Positions 9,976 to 19,425 of a DNA stretch of 64,000 nucleotides are shown here, one piece after another. Position numbers and translations under genes: made by a program. The stretch is taken from NCBI GenBank assembly GCA_963781805.1, contig CAWAHF010000004.1, positions 2,311,688 through 2,375,687 on the forward strand. Direction: 5' to 3'. Numbering within the stretch: position 1 is the stretch's first letter; the number at the start of each line of letters is the position of its first letter. This DNA comes from an uncultured Bacteroidales bacterium. Lineage in GTDB: Bacteria > Bacteroidota > Bacteroidia > Bacteroidales > UBA10428. Under the pieces are notes generated by a model. It was not told the origin of the DNA, searched no databases, and saw nothing but the letters and a program-made list of their open reading frames with translations.

Positions 9976-10365
9976 ATGAAGAAAAAGCTAAATTTTGTCC
10001 CTTATAATCCAAAGCTGAAAATATTAGCCCGCAACCTTCGGAATAATTCTACCAAAGCTGAAATTTTATTATGGCATTATTTAAAGGGAAAGCAAATAAA
10101 GGGTTATGACTTCCACAGACAAAAACCAGTTGATAATTATATACTTGATTTCTTTTGTCCGAATTTAATGTTGGGAATTGAATTGGATGGGTATTCCCAC
10201 AATTTCGACGAAATAGTTGAAAAGGACATGAAAAAAGAATTAAAAATGAAAGAGTTGGGAATTGCCATCCTTAGGTTTGATGATAGTGAAGTAATGGATG
10301 ATATGGATAATGTATTGAGAGTGATTGAAGGATTTATTGATGAATATGAAAAGTCACACCCCTAA
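9976..10365 (+). CDS. DUF559 / Vsr-like endonuclease-domain protein, copy 3
   Basis: Differs from copy 1 by I85M and K115R plus one silent change. Confidence 0.8.
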   Translation: MKKKLNFVPYNPKLKILARNLRNNSTKAEILLWHYLKGKQIKGYDFHRQKPVDNYILDFFCPNLMLGIELDGYSHNFDEIVEKDMKKELKMKELGIAILRFDDSEVMDDMDNVLRVIEGFIDEYEKSHP

Positions 10366-10405
10366 CCCCTCTCAAGAGGGGAATAAACCCTCCAATTAAA
10401 ATACA

Positions 10406-10443
10406 AAAACGCTGAATGAAGATATAATTCTCCTCAGCGTTTT
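10406..10443. terminator. Bidirectional hairpin terminator between the DUF559 array and the kinase gene
   Basis: aaaacgctga ... tcagcgtttt, 10-bp arms, with A/T runs on both sides. Confidence 0.6.
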
Positions 10444-10464
10444 CATTTTATTACATAAAATGAT

Positions 10465-11544
10465 TTATCTCTTTACCCTGGCATTACCTTTCCAGATGCT
10501 CCAAACCTGGTCCTCATCTGCCGGTTGTGCATAATCTGTGAGAAATGTGGTGGCCAGTGCTCCGCTTGCCCAGCCAAACTGAATCCATTTTTCAGCATCC
10601 CAGCCTTTTAAAACTGCATAAATCATACCGCCTACAAATCCGTCACCGCCTCCGATACGGTCAAGAACTGTTATCTCGCGCGGTTCAACCACATGCCAGT
10701 TTTCTCCTTCGAGCATTATAGCACCCCAGAGATGACTGTTGGTACTAATCACCTGGCGCAGGGTTGTGGCAAAAACCGATGCATTCGGGAAAGCTTTCTT
10801 CACCCTTCCTATCATCACCTTGAAACTTTCAATCTTATCTGCCAGATCTTTTCCACCAGCTTCGGGACCTTCGATTCCAAGACATAACTGAAAATCTTCT
10901 TCATTTCCGACAAGAATATCAGATATACTTGCAATTTCTTTGAAAATTTCGTGTAACTCCTTTTCACGGTTCTTCCAGAAGGAAGCACGGTAATTCAAAT
11001 CAAAAGAAATCCGGGTGCCATATTTTTTGGCAGCTCTGGCAAGCTCCAGGCAAAAATTGCCGGTCTCAGGAGAAAGGGCTCCGATTAAACCTGAAAGATG
11101 AACGATCTGTACACCTTCTTTTCCGAATATTCGATCAAGATCGAAATCTTTCACATTAAGCGTTCTTCCTACCTCACCTGCACGGTCGTTTTGAACCCGT
11201 GGACCACGGCTGCCGTATCCGCTGTCGGCAATATTAAACTGGTGGCGATACCCCCAGGGATCTCCCTGCTCAACTTCTTTTCCTTCATAGGACATATGGC
11301 GGCCTGCGAGATTGTCTTTAATAAACCTTGCAATAGGGCTGTCTTTTACAAAAGTAGTAAGCACCTTAACCGGAAGCCCAAGATAAGAAGCTATACTGGC
11401 AACATTTGTTTCAGCGCTCGTAGCCTGCATTGTAAAAGTACTACTGCTATGCACAGGTTGTCCGTTGGCTGGGGTTATCCGAACACCCATACTGGTGGGA
11501 ACGATTAATGAATAGGTAAAATCTTTTTTAAGTTCAATTTTCAT
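10465..11544 (-). CDS. PfkB-family sugar kinase (2-keto-3-deoxygluconate kinase-like)
   Basis: 359 aa. C-terminal PfkB signature DRIGGGDGFVGGMIY and ribokinase-like layout. Confidence 0.85.
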   Translation of the reverse strand: MKIELKKDFTYSLIVPTSMGVRITPANGQPVHSSSTFTMQATSAETNVASIASYLGLPVKVLTTFVKDSPIARFIKDNLAGRHMSYEGKEVEQGDPWGYRHQFNIADSGYGSRGPRVQNDRAGEVGRTLNVKDFDLDRIFGKEGVQIVHLSGLIGALSPETGNFCLELARAAKKYGTRISFDLNYRASFWKNREKELHEIFKEIASISDILVGNEEDFQLCLGIEGPEAGGKDLADKIESFKVMIGRVKKAFPNASVFATTLRQVISTNSHLWGAIMLEGENWHVVEPREITVLDRIGGGDGFVGGMIYAVLKGWDAEKWIQFGWASGALATTFLTDYAQPADEDQVWSIWKGNARVKR

Positions 11545-11881
11545 ATGAGTCTATTTTTAAAGTATTAATTGATTTATATTTATAACTGAATTATTTATTG
11601 GTTTGTAAAGTTAAAAAAATGACAAAAAAAACAAGTTAATTGTACAAATGGCCAACTATTATTTATAAAAACTATTTAGAGTGGAGGTAAATCCTGTAAA
11701 AGAATTTGTTAATAATCATAAAAATAATTTATTTTTAAGTAATATTTAATTTTCACTACTCGTTTTTCAAGTGTAAAAGTAATTTTGGGAGATTCCTGAA
11801 AATCCCTCGGAGTTCCTAAAAGAGTAAGGGGTGAATGCCAAAAAACCAAAAGAGTAGGCAAAACTATAACCTAAACCAACC

Positions 11882-12538
11882 ATGAAAAAATCTATTTTAT
11901 TTCTATCATTCATTTTCATTTTAATACCTGTTTGTCTTCAGGCTCAATTTTTTATTGGAGGAAATATAAGTTTTAATTCTTCCGGAGGTAAGCAGGAAGC
12001 GCCTAATAACAATAGTGATCTGACAAAAACCCTGGGCATCGCTTTTAATCCAATGTTCGGTTATTACCTGAATGAGGATTTGGCAGGGGGTATTCGTTTA
12101 GGAGCATCAATGGATAAAACTACTACTCCTCCAGTATTTACAGATGGAGATGAAACAATAACTATTTCATCTACATTTGGATTTATGCCTTTTATTCGTT
12201 ATCATTTTGTTCGGTTTAATAAATTTTCTGTGTTTGGGCAGGGACAATTCGGAGTTACCTTCGGTTCTCAGAAAACGAAAGTAGGAGATACTGAAACGAA
12301 TAAGATAAAAATATCAACCTTTGGAATTAGTTTATATCCAGGACTTTCATTCGATGTAAGTGATAATTTTTCACTTGAAACCCAGATTAATGCATTTGGA
12401 CTTGGATATTCTGTTTCTACGAGAAATAACGAAACCACATCGGATAAAACAACAACTTCAAATGGTTATTTTGGGGTAAATCTGGATAACATCAAAACGC
12501 TTGGCTCTATCAGTGTTGGCGCTATTTACAGATTCTAG
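11882..12538 (+). CDS. Small outer-membrane beta-barrel protein (OmpA-beta-barrel/porin-like)
   Basis: 218 aa. Has a signal peptide, alternating beta-strand pattern, G/S/T/N-rich loops and a C-terminal aromatic residue (YRF). Confidence 0.6.
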   Translation: MKKSILFLSFIFILIPVCLQAQFFIGGNISFNSSGGKQEAPNNNSDLTKTLGIAFNPMFGYYLNEDLAGGIRLGASMDKTTTPPVFTDGDETITISSTFGFMPFIRYHFVRFNKFSVFGQGQFGVTFGSQKTKVGDTETNKIKISTFGISLYPGLSFDVSDNFSLETQINAFGLGYSVSTRNNETTSDKTTTSNGYFGVNLDNIKTLGSISVGAIYRF

Positions 12539-12582
12539 CTTTTTTTATAAGTCAATTATTATCCTTAAATTTTTTAATAATT

Positions 12583-12622
12583 AAGCTTCATTCCGATAGA
12601 TGTCGAAATGAAGCTTTTTTAT
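12583..12622 (+). terminator. Rho-independent terminator after the OMP gene
   Basis: aagcttcatt ... aatgaagctt followed by ttttttatttt. Confidence 0.65.
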
Positions 12623-12871
12623 TTTCATTTTTCGATATTATAGATATTGATTCCAGAACATATTCCGGAATAATATTGTAGATATGCGTACTTTGAATTA
12701 GTTTTAAGTGATATTTTATGTCGTGCGAATAAATGGAAGTGAAGCTTTTGCTGAGAAGACATTGAGGTAGCCGGTGTATAAGTATTAGAGTCTTGTGATA
12801 TATTCACACACTCCCGGTTTCCAATTCACTTTCCATTTCTGACTTTTGACTTAACCTAAAAATATATAACG

Positions 12872-15064
12872 ATGAAAATTCAGCGTAAAATCCAAAAAAA
12901 TTCTGTAATTATAAAGTTCAATATTTTATATACGTCAATGATTCTGGCGGTTATGATTATTTGGAACTATCCACAGGTATTAGCCCAGAAATCATCCAGG
13001 ACTGCAAATAAGTCAGATAAAGGGAATGTTGTTCAAACAGAAACGAACAAAACATGGACTTCTGATAACGGGAACGGAACCTATACAAATCCGTTGTTTT
13101 ATGACGAGTTTTCTGATCCTGATATGATTCGGGTTGGAGATGATTATTACCTCACAGGAACTACCATGCATACCATGCCTGGATTACCTATCCTACATTC
13201 AAAAGACCTGGTTAACTGGGATTTTATCTGTTATGCAGTGGAAAAACTGGATATGGGACCCGAATTCAGACTTGAAAACGGAAGAGATGTCTATGGACAG
13301 GGAATCTGGGCGCCCAGTTTTCGTTATCACAATGGCACCTATTATATTTTCACCAATGTGAACAGGTATAATACACAGCTTTATACAGCAACAAATCCGG
13401 CAGGACCATGGAAACACAGCACAATGAAGGTTGGGTTGCACGATCTTTCCGTTCTTTTTGACGAGGACGGGAAAATATATGTTGTATGGGGTTATGATGA
13501 AGTCCGACTCGCACAACTGACTAAAGATCTCCTGGATACCATTCCCGGAACCGGAAAAATAATTATTCAGAGAGGGAGCGGTGCAGGTGAAGGAAGCCAT
13601 TTTTATAAAATTGACGGAAGGTATTATATTACCAATACCAACTATGATCCTGTTTGTTACCAGGTATGCCTCCGGGCTGACAATCCCTATGGTCCGTATG
13701 AAATAAATGTAATGAGCGCTGAAGAAAACCTCGGTATAGGTACCGGCTGGAGACTATTTAATTATGTAGACGGTCCTCCCTACCCTCTTATTCCGCCACA
13801 GGAAAATTTTGTAGGTTGCATTCCATTACACCAGGGTGGGATTGTGCAGATTCAATCGGGTGAATGGTGGGGATGGTCTATGATGGATCACAATTCGGTG
13901 GGTAGGCTCACCTGTTTATCTCCTGTTACCTGGGTGGATGACTGGCCCTATTTTGGGTTGCCCGGTAATCTTAAAAGATCACCTGAAACATGGATTAAAC
14001 CAAATACCGGATTTTCTTCCCAACCGCATGCTCCCTACCAAAGAAGCGATGATTTCTCCGGTCCTAACCTTATACCGGTTTGGCAATGGAATCATGTTCC
14101 GGTGAATAATAAATGGTCACTCTCTGCCCGAAAAGGATATTTACGCTTAAATGCGCTTCCGGCTGAAAGCTTTTGGCACGCGCGAAACTCTCTTACCCAA
14201 CGTGCTGTTGGTCCGGAATCGGAAGCAACCACAAGTATTGAAACAAAGGGAATGAAACCCGGAGATGTCGCCGGCCTTGCATTATTGAATTTTCCGTATG
14301 CATGGATTGGAATAGCAAAAACGAAGGAAGGAATTGAGATTCAACAATTCGATCAGCAAACATCTCATCTGGATAATCACAAAACAGAAGCTGGCAAAAT
14401 ATGGCTTCGTGTTCACTGTAATTTTGATACTGAAATGGCTGAATTCAGCTACAGTACAGATGGATCAGAATTTAAAATATTCGGATTGGATTACACCATG
14501 GTGTTTCAACTTAGGACATTCCAGGGTGTACGGTTTGCTTTGTTCCATTATAATGTAACCGGTGTTGAAGGGGGATATACTGATTTTGATAATTTCATTG
14601 TTTATGAACCGCGTCCACATGGATTAACTCAACCTATACCCTACGGAAAATCTATTGTCCTAACCAGTCTTGCGGACAGCACGGTTCTTGTCAACTGGAA
14701 AGATTTTGTGCGACCTGTAGCGCATAACAGTCAATTTACAAATGGAAAGAATTCTTATTTTCGGGTGTTGGATCGCGGTAACGGCAGGATAGCCCTTCAG
14801 TCGGTTGTTGATAATGGATTCGTAACGGTCATTGGAGCAGGTGAAATGGCTGAAGTAAGAATTGAGAAAGAGGAAAAAGGAGATGCATCCTTGTTCCAAT
14901 GGCAGGACATGTTAAGAGGCGATCTTATGCTCATGTCTTTAAAAACCCATAAATACCTGTTTGCCGATCCATTTGCCGAAAGTCTGTGCTCGGCTGATTC
15001 TCCGGGTGCAATGCCAAACCGGAAAGAAGGATCGTGCTTTGTATGGAAACTTTTTGAGGATTAA
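12872..15064 (+). CDS. Glycoside hydrolase family 43 (beta-xylosidase/arabinofuranosidase-like) with C-terminal accessory domains
   Basis: 730 aa with a signal peptide. N-terminal GH43 propeller motif NPLFYDEFSDPDMIRVGDDYYLTGTT...GIWAPSF, then an XynB-like beta-sandwich and an extra C-terminal domain. Confidence 0.85.
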   Translation: MKIQRKIQKNSVIIKFNILYTSMILAVMIIWNYPQVLAQKSSRTANKSDKGNVVQTETNKTWTSDNGNGTYTNPLFYDEFSDPDMIRVGDDYYLTGTTMHTMPGLPILHSKDLVNWDFICYAVEKLDMGPEFRLENGRDVYGQGIWAPSFRYHNGTYYIFTNVNRYNTQLYTATNPAGPWKHSTMKVGLHDLSVLFDEDGKIYVVWGYDEVRLAQLTKDLLDTIPGTGKIIIQRGSGAGEGSHFYKIDGRYYITNTNYDPVCYQVCLRADNPYGPYEINVMSAEENLGIGTGWRLFNYVDGPPYPLIPPQENFVGCIPLHQGGIVQIQSGEWWGWSMMDHNSVGRLTCLSPVTWVDDWPYFGLPGNLKRSPETWIKPNTGFSSQPHAPYQRSDDFSGPNLIPVWQWNHVPVNNKWSLSARKGYLRLNALPAESFWHARNSLTQRAVGPESEATTSIETKGMKPGDVAGLALLNFPYAWIGIAKTKEGIEIQQFDQQTSHLDNHKTEAGKIWLRVHCNFDTEMAEFSYSTDGSEFKIFGLDYTMVFQLRTFQGVRFALFHYNVTGVEGGYTDFDNFIVYEPRPHGLTQPIPYGKSIVLTSLADSTVLVNWKDFVRPVAHNSQFTNGKNSYFRVLDRGNGRIALQSVVDNGFVTVIGAGEMAEVRIEKEEKGDASLFQWQDMLRGDLMLMSLKTHKYLFADPFAESLCSADSPGAMPNRKEGSCFVWKLFED

Positions 15065-15168
15065 AATTTTTTTTATAGATTCGGTTTAATTCTTAATATC
15101 ATCCATCCTTTTATCATTCCCGAGGTTTTAGGTTTTTGGTGATGAATTTTTGAAAAAATAGTTAAAAA

Positions 15169-15196
15169 AGTAGGGTAAAACTATTTTCATTCGGTT
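15169..15196 (+). promoter_or_regulatory. Candidate ECF-type promoter upstream of the ECF sigma gene
   Basis: AGTAGGGTAAA-N12-CGGTT lies 58 nt upstream of the sigma start. The same motif with the same spacing occurs at 26001-26028. Confidence 0.45.
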
Positions 15197-15253
15197 TTAT
15201 ATTGAATTAACTTTATATGGAGTTCAGTTATTTAGAACATAAGGTTAAATAGA

Positions 15254-15739
15254 TTGACGAAAGAAGAATTTAAAGTTTTGTTTGATACCTATTTCGATTC
15301 TGTACGAAACTACCTATTTTTTAGGGGTACAGAAAAAGAAACAGCGACTGATTTAGCCCAGGATGTTTTTATGCGTGTCTGGGAAAAACAGTTAAAGGTT
15401 GATTCGAAAGGAGTACTTAGTCTTTTATATAAAATTGCAAGTGATATGTTAATCAGCAGGTATAGAAGAGAAACACTGGAACTTAACTACAGAAAATCGT
15501 TAAAATTCGATGAGCACGATGCTTCCCCTGTAGAACAGTTGCAATATAAAGAATTACAAGTAAAGTATACAACAGCGCTTGCACAACTGGATGAAAAACA
15601 CCGCACCGTATTTCTGATGGCTCGTATGGAGGGTTTGAAATACCATGAAATTGCAGAAAGACTGAATCTGAGCGTAAAAGCTGTAGAAAAAAGAATGAGT
15701 CAGACACTGGCCTATTTAAAAAAAGCATTGGGGGGATAG
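15254..15739 (+). CDS. ECF-family RNA polymerase sigma-70 factor
   Basis: 161 aa. Region 2 (DLAQDVFMRVWEK) and region 4 HTH (YHEIAERLNLSVKAVEKRMS). TTG start. A FecR gene follows immediately. Confidence 0.85.
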   Translation: MTKEEFKVLFDTYFDSVRNYLFFRGTEKETATDLAQDVFMRVWEKQLKVDSKGVLSLLYKIASDMLISRYRRETLELNYRKSLKFDEHDASPVEQLQYKELQVKYTTALAQLDEKHRTVFLMARMEGLKYHEIAERLNLSVKAVEKRMSQTLAYLKKALGG

Positions 15740-16615
15740 ATGTCTAAAAAACAACAACATATTAAAAATCAATCGGACAGAGGAAAGGAACCCATGAAAA
15801 TGATTCCTGATGCCACCATTCCCTGGGAAAAAAGTAAAGAGCAGGTATGGTCGGAACTGGAAAAAAGAATTGAATCTGTGGAAACTCCAGGCAAAATTGT
15901 TATTCTTAAACCATGGATGAAGTTAGCTGCTGCCGCGGTTATCACCCTTCTGATAGGAATTGCAACCCTAATGCAATTGTATACCCGAACCATAAGAATA
16001 CCTGCAGGTCAACATAGCAGCATATCCCTTCCCGATAATTCCCGTGTTAACTTAAATGCTCAATCAACTTTATCTTATAAACCATTGATGTGGATATTTT
16101 CACGAAAAACTAAACTTGAAGGGGAAGGCTATTTTGAAGTTCAAAAGGGAAAGAAGTTTGAGGTTTTATCCGATTTGGGCAAAACAATAGTTCTGGGCAC
16201 AAGTTTCAATATCTATTCCCGGAAGAATCAATACCAGGCCACCTGTATCACTGGCACCGTAAAGGTAACAGAAAAAGAGAATCATAAAGTAGTGGTTTTA
16301 AAACCGGGTCAGAAGGCCGAAATCAACGCTAAAGGTACTTTGCAGGTTTTATCTGATATTAATACTGAACAAACATTATCGTGGATGTCTGATCGCTTTA
16401 GTTTCACATCCGTGCCTGTAAGGCAGGTACTTGAAGAAATTGGCAGACAATACAATATTAAAATTACTATTTCAGGTAATATTGATAAAACATATACCGG
16501 TAACTTTAACAAAGTCAATTCAGCAGATGCCGCTTTGAATATTGTTTGTGGTCCCCTAAATTTAAACTTTGTCCGTAAGTCAGAAAATGAATATGTCATT
16601 TCCGGGAAAAATTAG
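15740..16615 (+). CDS. FecR-family anti-sigma factor / transmembrane sensor
   Basis: 291 aa with a single TM (LAAAAVITLLIGIATLM) and a FecR periplasmic domain (LEGEGYFEV...F.V). Its ATG directly abuts the sigma gene stop codon. Confidence 0.85.
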   Translation: MSKKQQHIKNQSDRGKEPMKMIPDATIPWEKSKEQVWSELEKRIESVETPGKIVILKPWMKLAAAAVITLLIGIATLMQLYTRTIRIPAGQHSSISLPDNSRVNLNAQSTLSYKPLMWIFSRKTKLEGEGYFEVQKGKKFEVLSDLGKTIVLGTSFNIYSRKNQYQATCITGTVKVTEKENHKVVVLKPGQKAEINAKGTLQVLSDINTEQTLSWMSDRFSFTSVPVRQVLEEIGRQYNIKITISGNIDKTYTGNFNKVNSADAALNIVCGPLNLNFVRKSENEYVISGKN

Positions 16616-19118
16616 TATTCTATATTTATATAAAATTATAATTATTCTGGCATTATCATGTCTGGGTTCTGTTTCTTTTTCACAGGAAGTCAAAATTAAA
16701 TGCACCAACGAACCACTGAATAAAATTCTGATAACACTCAGAGATAATTATAATATCATGCTATCTTTTGATGATAGCCAACTCGCTAATTACAGGCTGA
16801 CTGTCGATAAGACTTTTTCATCTGTTACGCATGCATTTAATTTTTTACTTAGAGGATTACCGCTGAGCTATGAGGTTTCGGGCGGAGTATATATCATTTA
16901 CCTGGTTGAGACAAAAGAAAAACCTAAGAAATACCTGATTGCCGGGAGAATATATGACAAAACCAATCTTGAAACACTTCCGTTTTCAAGTGTTATGATA
17001 AATAATACAGGATTAATTTCGGATGCCAAGGGCTATTTTTCATTAACTTCTTCCTACGATAGCATCTTCAATATTAAAATCTCATACCTTGGTTATTATA
17101 TTCTCGATACTACCCTTTCAGCAGGGACAAATTATTCATTTAAACTGATTCCTTCGGTTGTTGCCCTTGATGAAATAATCGTGGAAGGCTCTGCGATTGC
17201 AAGAACAATTAATACGGGTACACTGCCCGGTATATCCAGGTTAAATCATAAAGTTGCTTATTTTCTGCCTGGTAACGGTGATAATTCCATTTTTAACTTA
17301 TTAAGACTTCAGACCGGAGTGCTGGCTGCCGGGGAACAATCTTCCGATTTAATTATCTGGGGAAGCTACGAAGGCCAAAGCCAGGTAATTTTCGACGGAT
17401 TTACCCTGTATGGAATGAAGAACTTTAATGACAACATAAGCGCAGTAAATCCATTTATGGCTAAAGATATTAAGGTTTTGAAGGGCGGATACAGCGCTGA
17501 ATACGGAGAACGGGTTGGTGGCATTGTTGATATTAGCGGAATTGATGGAAATCGTTTATCTCCATCAGTACAATTTTGTATAAATAATATGACGTTGAGC
17601 GGAATGGCAAGCGTACCATTTAAGAAAAAATCATCACTTATACTTGCATACAGGCAAACCTATTATGAACTTTATGATCCGATTTCTTTTACCAGCTTTG
17701 GTTCGGGCTCTGGTTCAGGCAGGGGAGGGCAAAGCGGTGGTGCAGATTATTACGTCTCTCCGGAATATCAGTTTAGAGATATTAATCTTAAATATTCAGG
17801 AAGCGGTAAAAAGAGCAATTACTACATAAGCCTTTATGGCGGAAAAGATAAGTTCTTATACTCACTCAATGAGGAAAGTCCCGGGAAAACAATAACACTT
17901 GATCATGATGAAGGCAACTTCCAGTTTGGTGGATCCGCTTTTTATGGATTTACATGGAAAGAAAAGCATTCAACCAATGCTATTATAAGTTATTCAACAC
18001 TGCATACGGACAGAGAACATCTGGTAGAGACTGAAAATACTAAGGGACCAAGAGATTCTATAAGTATTTATGAAAATTATCACGCGGAGATCAATGAAGT
18101 AAATGCCCGGATTGATAATAATCTCAACCTTTCAGATTATCATCATGTTAATATAGGTTTGGGTATACTCTACTATTTTACATCGCTTGAAAGTACGTAT
18201 ACAGATTTGGAGTTAGGTAACAGCGCACCCATGCAGGTACCATATATCTATTTACAGGATAATATTACACTTTTTAAAAAACTAACGTTTAAACCTGGTT
18301 TGCGGGCCGATTATCTTACTTCCTCACAAAAAATATACATTCAGCCAAGGTTATCAGCAGTTTATAAATTTAATGAGAATTTAAAAATCAATTCTGCAGC
18401 AGGAACTTATAACCAGTTTACTGCCAAGAATATGATCCTGGACCCATCGGGAAATTACAGGTTCGTATGGGAACTTTGTGATGATGTAAGTATTCCCGTG
18501 TTGAATTCCATGCATTACACAGCCGGAATTTCGTTTACAAAAAATGATTTTACGGCAAGTATTGAAGGCTATTTGAAAAAAACGAAGGGCATCATTCGCT
18601 ATCTGCAAACAAGTGAAAGACTTTTCAAATATGAGGGTGATGCAAATACTAAAGGAGTGGATTTATTTGTCAAAAAGGATTTTAAAAATCAGACGTTCTG
18701 GATTTCGTACACACTAAGCAAAACGGAAGAACATTTTTCTTATTTCAGTTCGGATGAATACAAACCTGCCATGCAGGATCAACGGCATGAAATTAAATTT
18801 GCCGGACTGGCAAAATTCAAGTCTTTTCACCTATCGGCTAATTATGTATACGGTTCAGGGCTTCCTGACCCAAATTTATTACCGGATACTGTGAATTATG
18901 TCAAACGTTACAGCCGGCTGGATGCATCTGCAATCTATAAATTTTCTATTAAGAAACTACACCTGGATGCAGGCTTTTCTGTACTTAATGTTATGAATAC
19001 CGAAAATATAAAATATGCCAATTTTACCCGTATACCTACCGATGCAACCACTACTGTAAGCGTTTATGCAGAGGCAGTTCCAAGGACCTTTACACTGTTT
19101 TTGAATGTTTATTTTTAA
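16587..19118 (+). CDS. TonB-dependent receptor with an N-terminal STN signalling domain and a CarboxypepD_reg-like domain
   Basis: Domain order is STN-like, then IAGRIYDKTNLETLPFSSVMI (Cna-B/CarbopepD_reg), then plug, then barrel ending in NVYF. The ORF track starts at TTG 16569; ATG 16587 is more likely. No SusD-like gene follows. Confidence 0.85.
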   Translation: MNMSFPGKISILYLYKIIIILALSCLGSVSFSQEVKIKCTNEPLNKILITLRDNYNIMLSFDDSQLANYRLTVDKTFSSVTHAFNFLLRGLPLSYEVSGGVYIIYLVETKEKPKKYLIAGRIYDKTNLETLPFSSVMINNTGLISDAKGYFSLTSSYDSIFNIKISYLGYYILDTTLSAGTNYSFKLIPSVVALDEIIVEGSAIARTINTGTLPGISRLNHKVAYFLPGNGDNSIFNLLRLQTGVLAAGEQSSDLIIWGSYEGQSQVIFDGFTLYGMKNFNDNISAVNPFMAKDIKVLKGGYSAEYGERVGGIVDISGIDGNRLSPSVQFCINNMTLSGMASVPFKKKSSLILAYRQTYYELYDPISFTSFGSGSGSGRGGQSGGADYYVSPEYQFRDINLKYSGSGKKSNYYISLYGGKDKFLYSLNEESPGKTITLDHDEGNFQFGGSAFYGFTWKEKHSTNAIISYSTLHTDREHLVETENTKGPRDSISIYENYHAEINEVNARIDNNLNLSDYHHVNIGLGILYYFTSLESTYTDLELGNSAPMQVPYIYLQDNITLFKKLTFKPGLRADYLTSSQKIYIQPRLSAVYKFNENLKINSAAGTYNQFTAKNMILDPSGNYRFVWELCDDVSIPVLNSMHYTAGISFTKNDFTASIEGYLKKTKGIIRYLQTSERLFKYEGDANTKGVDLFVKKDFKNQTFWISYTLSKTEEHFSYFSSDEYKPAMQDQRHEIKFAGLAKFKSFHLSANYVYGSGLPDPNLLPDTVNYVKRYSRLDASAIYKFSIKKLHLDAGFSVLNVMNTENIKYANFTRIPTDATTTVSVYAEAVPRTFTLFLNVYF

Positions 19119-19425
19119 GCTTTTGTCAACTATCTTAATTCTCAGATAAAAATATTAAGAAAAATCCAATCATATAAATGTGCCTTCTTTTTTTATATGC
19201 AATATTATGTGAACTTTGTATAGGTATTTTATTTGAGCAATAAGTTTTAAAAGACAATTAGATATACTCAGAGCTTAAAATGTATAAAAACATATTTAAT
19301 TATCGATTAAATAGTATCAATCATAACATTTTAAAGAATAGAAGAACAATTGACTTAATGTTAACCATATGCTGAAATAATCTGATTGTTTTATTCGTAC
19401 CACTCTCCAGTTTAAATTTTAAAAC

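Larger units (their letters stand above)
8728..10381 (+). repeat. Tandem array with a 604-bp period: three DUF559 cassette copies and two identical 214-bp spacers
   Basis: Left ends (cccctcttgagaggggccaggggtgtga) sit at 8728, 9332 and 9936, exactly 604 bp apart. Each ORF ends in the inverted copy tcacacccctaacccctctcaagagggg. Copies differ by only a handful of substitutions. Confidence 0.9.

Noticed and set aside
8631-10381. Regularly spaced 28-bp palindromic repeats that could be mistaken for a CRISPR array
   Set aside because: The intervals alternate between 390-bp coding segments and 214-bp spacers, and they are identical from unit to unit. The repeats occur in inverted pairs. No cas genes are present. 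This is a tandemly duplicated gene cassette.
11821-11881. aaaagagtaggcaaaactat resembling the first half of the ECF-like promoter motif, just upstream of the OMP gene
   Set aside because: It is only a partial match with one indel. The CGGTT half is absent, and the ATG is ~15 nt away, which is too close for a promoter.
16569-16586. TTG start of the TonB-dependent receptor as given in the ORF track
   Set aside because: ATG 16587 (MNMSFPGK...) gives a conventional signal-peptide N-terminus. The upstream extension lies within the FecR coding region.
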